NCBI GenBank assembly: GCA_965195285.1
Contig: CBDAFS010000061.1
Span: 1-64,000 of the forward strand
Origin: an uncultured Aminicenantes bacterium
Lineage (GTDB): Bacteria; Acidobacteriota; Aminicenantia; UBA2199
Direction of reading: 5' to 3'
DNA length: 64,000 nucleotides
Positions 48,075 through 58,608 of the stretch are shown one piece after another. The position numbers were made by a program, and so were the translations under genes. Position 1 is the first letter of the stretch. Every line of letters starts with the position of its first letter. The notes under the pieces were generated by a model. It saw only the letters and a program-made list of their open reading frames with translations, ran no database searches and had not been told where the DNA came from.

Positions 48075-48659
48075 ATGATGGTATCAAACCGGAAACGATT
48101 TGTCTTTGTGCACATCCCCAAGACCGGGGGATCCTCCATATTCCGGGCCCTGAGTCCCTACAATGACGCACCGGATACCGACGAAAACCGGCATCTTGAA
48201 CTGGTTGAAATCTACAACAAGTATGGGTACCTGGCCGGAGATAGTGACGGCTCAGCCGGTGAACTGAAAAAATATTTCAAATTTGCCTTTGTCAGAAACC
48301 CATGGGACCGGGTGGTTTCCATGTATTGCTACCGGCTGAGCAATCGGGAAATTCCCCCAGACTTGCCCTTTTCAGAATTTGTTCTGAAGCGCCGCCAGTA
48401 TCCCTTCGGGATACACCGGGAACAGGTTAAATTGATCGAAGATCAAGACGGAAAAATCGCCCTGGATTTCATCGGCCGGCTTGAAAATCTTGAAAAAGAC
48501 TGGTCAACTCTTCAATCCCGGCTCGGGATCAGTTCCGGACTTCCCCACCTGAAACAAACCTCACACCGGCATTATCAAACCTATTACAACCGGGAATTAA
48601 GGGACGAAATCGCTGATCTGTACCCCCGGGATATCGAGACCTTCGGATACTGCTTCTGA
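48075..48659 (+). CDS. Sulfotransferase family 2 protein
   Basis: FVHIPKTGGSS (5'-PSB), FVRNPWDRVVSMY (3'-PB), FIGRLENL, DIETFGY. Confidence 0.9.
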   Translation: MMVSNRKRFVFVHIPKTGGSSIFRALSPYNDAPDTDENRHLELVEIYNKYGYLAGDSDGSAGELKKYFKFAFVRNPWDRVVSMYCYRLSNREIPPDLPFSEFVLKRRQYPFGIHREQVKLIEDQDGKIALDFIGRLENLEKDWSTLQSRLGISSGLPHLKQTSHRHYQTYYNRELRDEIADLYPRDIETFGYCF

Positions 48660-48786
48660 ATACCGGTTTCCAGACCCGACCCATGCTTCAATCTTAACCG
48701 CTTTTAAACATTCAAAACCATTTAGAAAGCTTGACTAAATCGGAAAAATGAGAGAGAATACTGGATTATTACTTTGGGAGTCGGAT

Positions 48787-51570
48787 ATGTCGGAGCAAAA
48801 CAAACCAAATTGGAAAAACACCTTGAATCTGCCTGAGACTGCTTTCCCCATGAAAGCACAACTGAATCAGAAGGAACCCCAGATTTTAAAGAAATGGGAA
48901 GACCTGAACATATATGAAAAAATCCTGGAAAAACGCCAGCATAATCCGCTATACATATTGCATGATGGTCCTCCCTACGCGAATGGCAACATCCACCTGG
49001 GACATGCCATGAACAAAATATTAAAGGATTTTGTTATCAAGTCAAAATCAATGGAGGGATTCCGGGCCCCCTATGTTCCGGGCTGGGATTGTCACGGCCT
49101 CCCCATTGAACACAAAGTCGATCAGCAGTTGGGTTCAAAAAAAGCGGAGTTGGACGTACTTGAAATCCGTCAAAGATGTAAAGAATATGCTGAAAAATAC
49201 CTGGAAATACAGAAAAAGGAATTTGTCAGGCTGGGAATTTTCGGTGATTGGGAAAATCCCTATACCACCCTCGATTATTCATACGAGTCAACTGTTATCC
49301 AGTATTTCAATTCTTTTGTAAAAAATAACAGTGTGTATCGCAGAAAGAGACCGGTTTACTGGTGTACTTCCTGTACTACTGCACTGGCTGAAGCTGAAGT
49401 TGAATATACCGATCACGCCTCTTCATCAATATATGTTAAATTTCAATTGAAAGATATCCCGGATTTCCTCAATGAATTTAGGCATAAGGAGATCTTTATA
49501 TTAATCTGGACCACTACCCCCTGGACCATACCAGCCAATCTGGCCATTGCCGTTCATCCTGATTTTGACTATTCGCTTTTCGAGATGAACGGTGAATACT
49601 ACATCACTGCCAGCCGGCTGGTTCCCGTTCTCAGTGATCTGGTGGACCGCCCCCATAAAAAGCTCAAGAAATTCAAGGGCAGCCAGATGAAGGGATTGAA
49701 CACCACCCATCCCCTGTATGACCGCCATTCGGTAATCATCACAACGGATTACGTCATACTGGATCAGGGAACTGGCTGCGTCCACACTGCCCCGGGACAT
49801 GGAGAGGAAGACTATTGGGCCGGACTGGAATACAAACTCGATATCTATTCACCGGTGGGTCCCACCGGAGCCTTTGATGCAACCACGGGAAAATATGAGG
49901 GGAAAAATATTTTTGATGCCAACCCTGAAATCATCCGGGATTTGGAAGCCAATAACCGTCTCATCCGGGAAGATAAAATCGATCACTCCTACCCCCATTG
50001 CTGGAGATGTAAAAAACCGGTTATTTTCAGGGCCACCGAACAATGGTTCATCGCCATGGATAAGGCTGAGTTGAGATCCAAGGCTCTAAAAGAAATCAAA
50101 CAGGTGAAATGGCTGCCGGACTGGGGTGAAGACCGGATTTTTAAAATGGTTGAAACCAGGCCTGACTGGTGTATATCCAGACAGCGGGACTGGGGAGTTC
50201 CCATCCCGGTTTTTTATTGCAAACAATGTGAGCAACCACTGCTCAAGCCGGAAGTTATTGAACGGGTCGAATCCATATTCAAGAAACATGGTTCAAATAG
50301 CTGGTATGACCGGGATGTATCCGAATTCATATCAGAATCCACAACCTGTGCGAATTGCGGTCACGGTTCATTTGAAAAGGGTTTTGATATTATGGACGTA
50401 TGGTTCGAATCCGGGTCATCATTCGGCATTCTGGACAAATACCCCGGACATCAATTCCCATCGGATATGTATCTGGAGGGGGGTGACCAGTACCGAGGCT
50501 GGTTTCATTCATCCCTGCTGGTTGCGGTGAGCGCCAGAGGTACTTCACCCTATAAAACCGTCATCACACATGGTTTCACCCTTGACTCAGAGGGGCGGGC
50601 CATGTCCAAATCAATGGGCAATGTGATAGAGCCTCAGAGCATCATCAAGGAAAAAGGAGCCGAGATACTCAGGCTTTGGGTGGCCATGGTCAACTACCGG
50701 GAAGATATAAAACTGGGTGATGATTTACTTATAAAAATCACCGAAAGCTACCGCAATATCCGCAATCGCTGGAGATTCATGTTAGGAGTTCTATCTGACT
50801 TTAAACCCGGAGAACACTCGGCCGAGGACGATAAGTTGGGACAATTGGACCATTTCATCCTCCATAAATGGCAGCAGGTCAAAGAAAAAATTCTGAAAGC
50901 CTACCAGAATTACGAATATCATGTAATCTACCACACCATTTCAAATTTTTTCACCATTGAATTAAGTTCCTTCTATTTGAATCTAATGAAAGACAACCTA
51001 TACTGCAACCTTCGGAATTCCGTCCAACGAAGAGCCACCCAGACCACCATTTTCAAGCTATTGAAAGAATCGCTTCTACTGCTGGCCCCCATCATGTCAT
51101 TTACCTCAGAGGAAGCCTGGGAGTGTTTACCGAAATTTCCGGATCAAGAAGCCTCCATCCACCTGCATCTGTTTCCGGAAACGGAAGAAAAGTATCTGAA
51201 GGGAATTGATGATAATAAATGGGAGCAGATCACTTCCTTACGGAATAAAATTTACAAAGAAATCGAAGCTTCCCGAAACCAGAAAACCATCGGTGAGTCA
51301 CTTGAAGCAGAAGTAACTCTGGATCTTGACCCTGAACCGTATGACCTGGTAGCCGATAATCTGGAGTTGTTCAAGGAAATTCTGGGAGTGGCAGCAGTCC
51401 ATATCACCAAATCGGATAGACAAAAAATTTCCATCCGAAAATCAAAAGGCATCAAATGCCCTCGCTGCTGGAACTGGTATGATAATGTGAATGCTGCCAG
51501 CCAGGAACCCCAACTCTGTAAAAGATGTGAGCGGGTGGTAAAGGAGATGAATATTGAGCCTGAATCTTAA
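48787..51570 (+). CDS. ileS: Isoleucine--tRNA ligase (type 1)
   Basis: LHDGPPYANGNIHLGH, GWDCHGLPIE, WTTTPWT, WCISRQR, AMSKS, C-terminal zinc finger CPRCW; ATG 48787 after GGGAG. Confidence 0.97.
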   Translation: MSEQNKPNWKNTLNLPETAFPMKAQLNQKEPQILKKWEDLNIYEKILEKRQHNPLYILHDGPPYANGNIHLGHAMNKILKDFVIKSKSMEGFRAPYVPGWDCHGLPIEHKVDQQLGSKKAELDVLEIRQRCKEYAEKYLEIQKKEFVRLGIFGDWENPYTTLDYSYESTVIQYFNSFVKNNSVYRRKRPVYWCTSCTTALAEAEVEYTDHASSSIYVKFQLKDIPDFLNEFRHKEIFILIWTTTPWTIPANLAIAVHPDFDYSLFEMNGEYYITASRLVPVLSDLVDRPHKKLKKFKGSQMKGLNTTHPLYDRHSVIITTDYVILDQGTGCVHTAPGHGEEDYWAGLEYKLDIYSPVGPTGAFDATTGKYEGKNIFDANPEIIRDLEANNRLIREDKIDHSYPHCWRCKKPVIFRATEQWFIAMDKAELRSKALKEIKQVKWLPDWGEDRIFKMVETRPDWCISRQRDWGVPIPVFYCKQCEQPLLKPEVIERVESIFKKHGSNSWYDRDVSEFISESTTCANCGHGSFEKGFDIMDVWFESGSSFGILDKYPGHQFPSDMYLEGGDQYRGWFHSSLLVAVSARGTSPYKTVITHGFTLDSEGRAMSKSMGNVIEPQSIIKEKGAEILRLWVAMVNYREDIKLGDDLLIKITESYRNIRNRWRFMLGVLSDFKPGEHSAEDDKLGQLDHFILHKWQQVKEKILKAYQNYEYHVIYHTISNFFTIELSSFYLNLMKDNLYCNLRNSVQRRATQTTIFKLLKESLLLLAPIMSFTSEEAWECLPKFPDQEASIHLHLFPETEEKYLKGIDDNKWEQITSLRNKIYKEIEASRNQKTIGESLEAEVTLDLDPEPYDLVADNLELFKEILGVAAVHITKSDRQKISIRKSKGIKCPRCWNWYDNVNAASQEPQLCKRCERVVKEMNIEPES

Positions 51571-52045
51571 GAAAAAATTCTTCGCGATGACCGGTTTTAT
51601 CATCATACTGGATCAGATCACCAAATATTTGATTAAAACCAGCTTTGACCTCTACGAAAGGGTGGATATCATAGAGGGTTTCTTCCAGCTTAAATATGTG
51701 ACAAATTCGGGAGCTGTCTGGGGAATTTTTTCCCGTACTCCCCATGCCTTCATCCCAAAAATCATCACCGGCCTGTCCATCATTGCCCTAATCATTGTGA
51801 TATATTACTTTTTAAAAATCGACGCCTCCTGCAGAATGGAGCTGCTCGCCTTATCATTTATCATGGGAGGAGCTCTGGGAAACAATATCGATCGAATCAG
51901 CCAGGGATTCGTGGTAGATTTTCTGGAGTTCTTTATCTCCAAATACCACTGGCCGACCTTCAATGTGGCTGATTTTTTCATATCCTCTGGGGTCATACTG
52001 CTGATCTTTTCATTCTGGAGAAGCAAATGTCCCTCCCTAAAATAA
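51554..52045 (+). CDS. lspA: Lipoprotein signal peptidase
   Basis: DQITK, NSGAVWG, GALGNNIDR, VVDFL, FNVAD. Confidence 0.95.
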   Translation: MSLNLKKKFFAMTGFIIILDQITKYLIKTSFDLYERVDIIEGFFQLKYVTNSGAVWGIFSRTPHAFIPKIITGLSIIALIIVIYYFLKIDASCRMELLALSFIMGGALGNNIDRISQGFVVDFLEFFISKYHWPTFNVADFFISSGVILLIFSFWRSKCPSLK

Positions 52046-52060
52046 ATTAAGGAGAAAATC

Positions 52061-52873
52061 ATGTGTCCAGTTCTTTTAAAAATCGGACCGGTTACCATCC
52101 ATACCTACGGTTTCATGTTTGCCTTGGGAATTCTGTCAGCTATGTTACTGAGTTTAAGGATGGCCAAGAAACAGAAAATTGACAGCAAAATTATGGTTGA
52201 CCTGTTGTTCTACACCGTCATTGTCGGATTGCTGGGAGCCAAGCTGTTTCTATTCATCAGCGAAATGAACTTTTACCTGAAACATCCAGGACAGATAAAA
52301 ACCCTGATTACCTCCGGTGGCACTTTTTATGGGGGATTGATTCTGGCCATTTTCTTTGCCATCTGGTATATCAAGCGCCATCAGCTGAATTTTAAAATAA
52401 TCGCCGACATTGTTGCCCCAACCATTGCCCTGGCTCATTTTTTCGGCCGGTTGGGATGTTTCTCGGCTGGATGCTGCTATGGAAGACCTGCCGGTGATTC
52501 GATACTGGGAGTCAAGTTCACCAATCTCTACGCCCACAATCATACCGGTGTTCCGCTGAACACACCCATTTTCCCCACCCAGTTAATAGAGTCCATTTTG
52601 AACCTGCTCAATTTCATCATCCTTTTTATTCTGTTTAAAAAGAAAAAATTTCATGGCCAGATTTTCTCCCTCTATATTTTTAATTATTCGATAATTCGAT
52701 TTTTTATCGAATATTTCCGGGGAGATTCTGACCGGGGCTACGTATTCGGGGGCATGACCCATCCTTTTTCCAGTCTTTCAGTACCCCAATTGATCAGCAT
52801 TATCGGCTTGACCGTTTCAGTCATTCTGTATATAAATTACAGGAAGAAAGGTGTTCAAAAAACAGAAGGTTAG
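52061..52873 (+). CDS. lgt: Prolipoprotein diacylglyceryl transferase
   Basis: TYG, GGTFYGG, GRLGCFSAGCCYG, PTQLIE, RFFIEYFRGD. Confidence 0.95.
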   Translation: MCPVLLKIGPVTIHTYGFMFALGILSAMLLSLRMAKKQKIDSKIMVDLLFYTVIVGLLGAKLFLFISEMNFYLKHPGQIKTLITSGGTFYGGLILAIFFAIWYIKRHQLNFKIIADIVAPTIALAHFFGRLGCFSAGCCYGRPAGDSILGVKFTNLYAHNHTGVPLNTPIFPTQLIESILNLLNFIILFILFKKKKFHGQIFSLYIFNYSIIRFFIEYFRGDSDRGYVFGGMTHPFSSLSVPQLISIIGLTVSVILYINYRKKGVQKTEG

Positions 52874-53834
52874 AGCCCAAAAACCGTATACCCGGATTGA
52901 CCGATTTTTGAGCGAAACCCTTTCTCATTTATCCAGAACCCAGATCGAAAAACTGATTAAAAACCACCGGGTCTGGTTAAATCAAAAACCGGTAATCAAA
53001 AAAAACACCGAAATCGCCACTCATGATTATGTGGAGATTGAATTTCCCCAGACAATACCCACTCCCCGGTCTGGATGGGAAGCCGGATTTACACCCACTA
53101 TTCAATTAAGTAAATTATTCGAAGATGACCATCTGTTGATCATCGATAAACCTTCCGGAATACCGGTCCATCCGGGTGCCGGACCAGTCCGGGAAACCAT
53201 ACTGGATATATTCCGCCATGAATATCCACTGGTTGAAGAAATGAAAAATACCGATAGGCCGGGTATTGTCCACCGCCTTGATAAGGAAACTTCAGGGGTA
53301 TTGATATTAGCCAAAGATGAAGCCACCCTGAAGCGAATGCAAAATAAATTCAAAAACAGGCAGATCAATAAAAAATACCTGGCTCTGGTTTCCGGAAAAA
53401 TGAGACACCGAAACGGTCTGATTGACGCCCCGATTATCAGGCATCCGAAACAGAGAAAGAAATTCACGGTTCCAGGCCCGCGTTCGAAAAACCAGGCCAG
53501 AGAAGCCATAACCAAGTTCTCGGTTTTATTGGAGTTTTCCGACATTTCATTCCTTCAGCTGATGCCATCAACCGGTCGAACCCATCAGATCCGGGTCCAT
53601 CTTTCCCATTATGGCCATCCCATACTGGGAGACTCCTTATACGGTAAAAAGGATCAATTCGGTCGTCTGGCCCTCCACGCCTCATCAATTGAATTCACCC
53701 ACCCCCTTTCCGGAAATCACCTGACCGTTGAGGCCTCCATGCCCGCCTTGTTCAGAAAATATATCCAGACCGAAATTAAAAAGAAAAAATATCTGGAAAA
53801 CCACCGGAAGTATACCCCTGATATTTCTAAATAA
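52851..53834 (+). CDS. rluD: RluA/RluD-family 23S rRNA pseudouridine synthase
   Basis: S4 domain; RPGIVHRLDKETSG, TGRTHQIRVH, GDSLYG. Confidence 0.9.
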   Translation: MFKKQKVRAQKPYTRIDRFLSETLSHLSRTQIEKLIKNHRVWLNQKPVIKKNTEIATHDYVEIEFPQTIPTPRSGWEAGFTPTIQLSKLFEDDHLLIIDKPSGIPVHPGAGPVRETILDIFRHEYPLVEEMKNTDRPGIVHRLDKETSGVLILAKDEATLKRMQNKFKNRQINKKYLALVSGKMRHRNGLIDAPIIRHPKQRKKFTVPGPRSKNQAREAITKFSVLLEFSDISFLQLMPSTGRTHQIRVHLSHYGHPILGDSLYGKKDQFGRLALHASSIEFTHPLSGNHLTVEASMPALFRKYIQTEIKKKKYLENHRKYTPDISK

Positions 53835-53923
53835 TCGGGATCGCCGGTTGAAACAAACAAAATTGTCAAACGAAACCAATTGAAAGTAAATTGAATCTAT
53901 TATATAATAACCATCAAAAAAAT

Positions 53924-54907
53924 ATGAAATACAAACTGATATATCTGGTTTTTTTGCTGGTATTGTCAAGCTGGGATTGTGCGGATGAATCCAGTAAAGA
54001 AAAAAAGGCCAAAGCAAAGAGGGAGGCAGAAATTCAGGCCCAGGAAACCAGGGCCAGGGAACTGGACCGGAAAATCGTCCTGTCTATAAACAATAAGAAC
54101 TTCTCTAACCAGGACCTGAAGAAATTCATAGAGAACCAGTACTCCAACATTAATTCGCTGCAGAACAACAATCAATTACTCTCAAGAATATTTGATATGT
54201 ATATCAAGCAGGAACTCATTCTCCAAAAAATTGAATCGGTAAAAGTGAAAATTGATGACATTGAAATCAAAGAATTTCTGGATACGGTTCAAATCGATGA
54301 ATATTTTCAGCCTGAACTGATAAAGGACAATATTAAAATACAGAAATATCTCTACTTTTCTCTCTATAACAACATCACTGCCTCAGAAAATGAGATTAGA
54401 CGTTATTACAACCGCTACAAAGCTGAATTTAAAAAAAATGATGAAGTTCTGCTGCATCAAATCTTCGTGAAGGACAAGGACAAGTCAACCCAAATCAGTG
54501 GCATTCTTAAAAATTTTCCCGTAAAATTTGAAGAAACCGCCCGACAACAATCAGAAGCCCCGGAAGCAAAAGATAATGGTTTGATGGGGTACTTTGAGAG
54601 GGGAACCCTGCCCAAAGAAATGGAAAATGTGGTATTTTCTCTTAAGATCAATGAAATCAGCCCGGTGGTCGAATCACCATACGGGTTTCATATATTCAAG
54701 ATTACCAAGAGAAAAAACAAGCGAACCCCGTATCTCTCAGTGGTAAAAGAAGAGATAAGAAAGAAAATCCTGGCAGAAAAAATGAGAACTGCCTTCGAAA
54801 GGTTTTTTAACAACCTAAAACAAAATGCACAAATAAAAATATTTCACCAAAATCTGTTTTTTAACTATTTACCTGCCAAAGGAGAAAAAAATGATGAAAT
54901 TAGCTAG
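53924..54907 (+). CDS. Parvulin-type peptidyl-prolyl isomerase (PrsA/SurA-like)
   Basis: HQIFV, FEETARQQS, GLMGYF, EISPVVESPYGFHIFK. Confidence 0.85.
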   Translation: MKYKLIYLVFLLVLSSWDCADESSKEKKAKAKREAEIQAQETRARELDRKIVLSINNKNFSNQDLKKFIENQYSNINSLQNNNQLLSRIFDMYIKQELILQKIESVKVKIDDIEIKEFLDTVQIDEYFQPELIKDNIKIQKYLYFSLYNNITASENEIRRYYNRYKAEFKKNDEVLLHQIFVKDKDKSTQISGILKNFPVKFEETARQQSEAPEAKDNGLMGYFERGTLPKEMENVVFSLKINEISPVVESPYGFHIFKITKRKNKRTPYLSVVKEEIRKKILAEKMRTAFERFFNNLKQNAQIKIFHQNLFFNYLPAKGEKNDEIS

Positions 54908-55856
54908 TTTAATACTTATTCTGATCATCCATATGCTGAGTTTTTCAGTTCTGCATTCAGAGGTCGTGGAGGAAATTGTTGCAGTCATCAACGAGGAAAC
55001 CATCACCTTTTCCGAATATCAAAATGCCAAAAACAGCATGATCAAGCAATTGCAGGCTCAGTACAAGGGAGAAGCACTGCAGAAGGCCATTCAAGAAATG
55101 AAATCTACATTATTAAATCAATTAATCGAACATAAATTAATTTTATCCAAAGCCAAAGAGAAAAATTATGATGTGGAAAATGAAATCAAGATGATCATCG
55201 AGGAGATCAAGAAACAAAACAACCTTAAAACCGATGAAGATCTCAGAAGGGCCTTGCAGACTGAAGGTATCACCATGGAGGAATTCAAACAGCAACAGAA
55301 AATTGTCCGCATGCAGCAGCGAATGATTTATGAGGAAATCACCTCCCATATCAAGATCGATAGCCCCGAAATAATGGAATACTATAAAAAAAACCTGGCT
55401 GACTACACCAAGCCCATGGAAATTTCTCTCAATTGTATTTTTCTGAAAAAAGAATATTATTTTGATAAGCATGCCCTGCTAAATAAGCGAAATGAAATCT
55501 CGGCAAAATTGAACACCGCTGATTTCAAGGCTATAGCCGAAACCTACTCCGAACTGGAAGGGGCTGAAAATAAAATATTTCTGGGAAATTTCAAGCAGGG
55601 TGAACTCGATGAAAACATTGAAAAAGCCTCTTTAAAACTCAAGCTTAATGAGCTTTCCCCCTGGATTGAAACCGAAAACGGATGGTATATCATTCAATTG
55701 ATTGACAAAAAAGAACCGGAGCTGGTGAACTACGAGCAAGTCAGGGAAAAAATAAAAAACAACCTGATTCAGGAAAAACAGGAAGTTGAATTGCAGATAT
55801 TCATTGAAAAACTCAAAAAGGAAAGTTATATCAAAATTTACAGAAAAAGCAATTGA
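54891..55856 (+). CDS. SurA-like periplasmic chaperone / PPIase
   Basis: VVEEIVAVINEETIT (SurA N-terminal domain); LSPWIETENGWYII. Confidence 0.85.
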   Translation: MMKLASLILILIIHMLSFSVLHSEVVEEIVAVINEETITFSEYQNAKNSMIKQLQAQYKGEALQKAIQEMKSTLLNQLIEHKLILSKAKEKNYDVENEIKMIIEEIKKQNNLKTDEDLRRALQTEGITMEEFKQQQKIVRMQQRMIYEEITSHIKIDSPEIMEYYKKNLADYTKPMEISLNCIFLKKEYYFDKHALLNKRNEISAKLNTADFKAIAETYSELEGAENKIFLGNFKQGELDENIEKASLKLKLNELSPWIETENGWYIIQLIDKKEPELVNYEQVREKIKNNLIQEKQEVELQIFIEKLKKESYIKIYRKSN

Positions 55857-55885
55857 ACCCTGTGATATCCCTGTAATACCCCGGC

Positions 55886-56713
55886 TTATTTTTTAACTTT
55901 GGAGATCTTTTTCAGATAATTCCGGGCTTCGACAATATAAGGTTCGATAAAATGCGTTTCCGATATACTGGGTGGATTCTCGACCACAAAAGTAAATTCC
56001 TGTTTGGCCAGACCATATTCATCCTTTTTAAAATAAAGCAACCCCAGATAATAATGAGAGTACAGCATGGAATTGTCTGCTATCACGGCCTTCTTAAAAC
56101 AACCCAAGGCCTTGCGTCTGCTGCCGACCGGCCAGGGAGCCACTTCATATAATTTCCCCAGAGAGCGATATCCCAGGGCACCGTCATATTTTTCATCAAT
56201 CTCAATGAGCTGATTGGCCAGTTTCTTATAGCGTCCGGCTGCCCCTTTGAAAATCGCTTTCAAAATCCCGAAACTGGCCGAATAATATCCGTATGCAACC
56301 AGGGCCGCTCCGACCGCCTCCTTGCTTTTGGAATCAATTGTTAAGGCCTGGCAGGCATAGTCATAAGCAATCTTACCCAACTTATCCAGAATTGGTTTAT
56401 ACTCATCCTTTTCCTTGATCAGGGCTGCAGTTTTGATATCGATAATGGCAATATAGGCATTGGCCAGTTTGTACAGAATTTCCGGATTCCTGGGATTCTT
56501 TTTTAACAACCGCTCATACCCTTTTATAGCCTTTTCACTGTTTTCAATGTTTTTCTCTTTCATCAGCTCATCCAGGGAGTCAAGAGAAATTTCAGCGGGA
56601 TCTGAAGTTTCCTCCGGAAATAAAAATAGATTTCCGATACCGGAAAAAATCAGTAAAAAAAAGCAAACCATTGCAGGAAAATAAATCCATTTTTCAGGAA
56701 TGCTGTTCTTCAT
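55886..56713 (-). CDS. Exported TPR protein
   Basis: N-terminal hydrophobic segment; TPR repeats; LGKLYEVAPWPVG. Confidence 0.75.
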   Translation of the reverse strand: MKNSIPEKWIYFPAMVCFFLLIFSGIGNLFLFPEETSDPAEISLDSLDELMKEKNIENSEKAIKGYERLLKKNPRNPEILYKLANAYIAIIDIKTAALIKEKDEYKPILDKLGKIAYDYACQALTIDSKSKEAVGAALVAYGYYSASFGILKAIFKGAAGRYKKLANQLIEIDEKYDGALGYRSLGKLYEVAPWPVGSRRKALGCFKKAVIADNSMLYSHYYLGLLYFKKDEYGLAKQEFTFVVENPPSISETHFIEPYIVEARNYLKKISKVKK

Positions 56714-56800
56714 AATGCCTCCTTTAATTTTCCACATCCTGTCATTAACTTCTGCTCACAGCCGGAAATGGAAAGTCAAACGCATTTGGAATCCGTTGAA

Positions 56801-57247
56801 TCATAGATGAAAAAAAACACCTGCTCCAAAGCGTATTCTATTTCGGTCAGAAAAATTTTGGAACCGGATATCGACCCTGACTGAAAACAAACTGGCAAAA
56901 TATAAATACACGCCTCCGCCTATTGAAGTGAAAAATTCATACTGGTCAAAATCAAAACTCAGTTTTTCAAACTGGGTGCCAATCCCAACAGCGGCAAACG
57001 GAGCCAGTTTTCCGAACTTGTGGCGAACTTTCAGAGCTGCGGTCAGCACATTTAAGTCCGACTCGCTCAGGGGACCAAATTCCAGCTCCATCTTTAAAAA
57101 TGGAATAAACAATCCGAATCCCCCGGAAAGGCCATAATTGAATTCAGAGGGATTGGTCATTTTCCCTCCGATCAATCCCAGTTCTACAGACAATAGGTTA
57201 AGGGAAAAAAATAAAATAAAAACACTCAGAATGAACCGTTTATTCAT
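56801..57247 (-). CDS. Small outer-membrane beta-barrel protein
   Basis: Signal peptide, alternating beta-strands, PFAAVGIG, C-terminal GVFFHL. Confidence 0.75.
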   Translation of the reverse strand: MNKRFILSVFILFFSLNLLSVELGLIGGKMTNPSEFNYGLSGGFGLFIPFLKMELEFGPLSESDLNVLTAALKVRHKFGKLAPFAAVGIGTQFEKLSFDFDQYEFFTSIGGGVYLYFASLFSVRVDIRFQNFSDRNRIRFGAGVFFHL

Positions 57248-58608
57248 TCATAACCTGCTTTTTGAAACAAAGGCCTGCCATAATAATCAATTTCGATTCT
57301 CCGGATTCCGTTCTTTACAAATAATGAAAATTTCTTTTGAGATATGGGAAGCATGATACCATCATTGATTATCTTTTCTATAATTTTAGAAATATGTTCA
57401 ATCAGCAATTCTTCATTTTTTAAAAATCTCAATTCATCCAGCTCATTTAATAATTTTAAATAACCTTCATCAAATCGTGAAAATATCATCTCCTGCAGAA
57501 TCTTCTGGATTTTCTCATCCAAGGTCATCCGTCGGCTGAAGATTTTTTCCTGCAACAGATATTTTACTGGAGTATTGTTCAAATACTCAACCATTTGATT
57601 TTCACTAATGTAAATGGTTTCCAGCGGAACCCCTTTCCGGCCTAAAAATTCATTGAAATCAGCAGCATCGCTGTTCAATGAGGAAAAAATATAGAGATTG
57701 ATTTTGGAGTACTTTAGAATCGATCTCATTCGCCAGTTGGATAGCCCCTTGATATTGATAGCTATCGGTGATTCATCATCCGAGGTCAATGAATTCAGCG
57801 CCCCGGATCCCCTGGATTCATAAAACTGTTTGAGCAGTGTAAACAGGGCGATTTTTGTATTTTTACCCACCGTACCCTGGGGAAAAGTAATGTATACATT
57901 CTGGTAAATCCCGGAATTGAATTCCTGATACCCATAATCTTTGAATGCACCGGGTTCAGCCAAAAAAACATCGGCATTCACTTCATCGGTAAACATCACT
58001 TTTACCGAATCCAGATAGGTTCTTCCACCGGGGTAAAACTTATTGGGCTTCAAAATAATATATTTACCCTTAACCCATTCGTGGGGATAAAAAATTCCTG
58101 AGAACGATTGACGGCCCGAAACCAGGATAAGCTCCGGGACGGTTAGCAAACCCACAATATCTTCCCGGTCATATAACAACTCAATATAAACTGTATTTTT
58201 CCCGGTTCTTATGTTTTTGATGATCTTCCTCAACTGCTTGGCGGTAAACAGGTTTTTATTTAAGAACAGATTCAAGGAGACCATGATCTCTTTTTCGGTA
58301 ACCCGGCTCCCATCAGAAAAGCCAAGGCCTTCCTTTACATGCAAAACCAGGGTTTTGGAGTTCCTGTCATAGTCATGGGAGTGAAACACATGGGAAAATA
58401 TCTGGCCATCGGATTTCAGATAAAAGAAATTCTCATAGATCAGAGCATAAAAAATGATGTTGGAGTAGTTGGATGATAAAAAGGTAAAAGAAGCCGGTTC
58501 ATTCAGGCGGATGCCAACCTCTCCGCCGTATGGGATTTTGATGGAAAAAGAAACCAATACAGTCAACAAAATGAGCATTACTTTTTTTTGAATCCCCATG
58601 TATGTCAT
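57244..58608 (-). CDS. Divergent family-5 ABC substrate-binding-like protein
   Basis: YGGEVGI, LIYENF, FSDGSRVT, EWVKGKYIILKPN...GRTYLDSV. Confidence 0.6.
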   Translation of the reverse strand: MTYMGIQKKVMLILLTVLVSFSIKIPYGGEVGIRLNEPASFTFLSSNYSNIIFYALIYENFFYLKSDGQIFSHVFHSHDYDRNSKTLVLHVKEGLGFSDGSRVTEKEIMVSLNLFLNKNLFTAKQLRKIIKNIRTGKNTVYIELLYDREDIVGLLTVPELILVSGRQSFSGIFYPHEWVKGKYIILKPNKFYPGGRTYLDSVKVMFTDEVNADVFLAEPGAFKDYGYQEFNSGIYQNVYITFPQGTVGKNTKIALFTLLKQFYESRGSGALNSLTSDDESPIAINIKGLSNWRMRSILKYSKINLYIFSSLNSDAADFNEFLGRKGVPLETIYISENQMVEYLNNTPVKYLLQEKIFSRRMTLDEKIQKILQEMIFSRFDEGYLKLLNELDELRFLKNEELLIEHISKIIEKIINDGIMLPISQKKFSLFVKNGIRRIEIDYYGRPLFQKAGYE

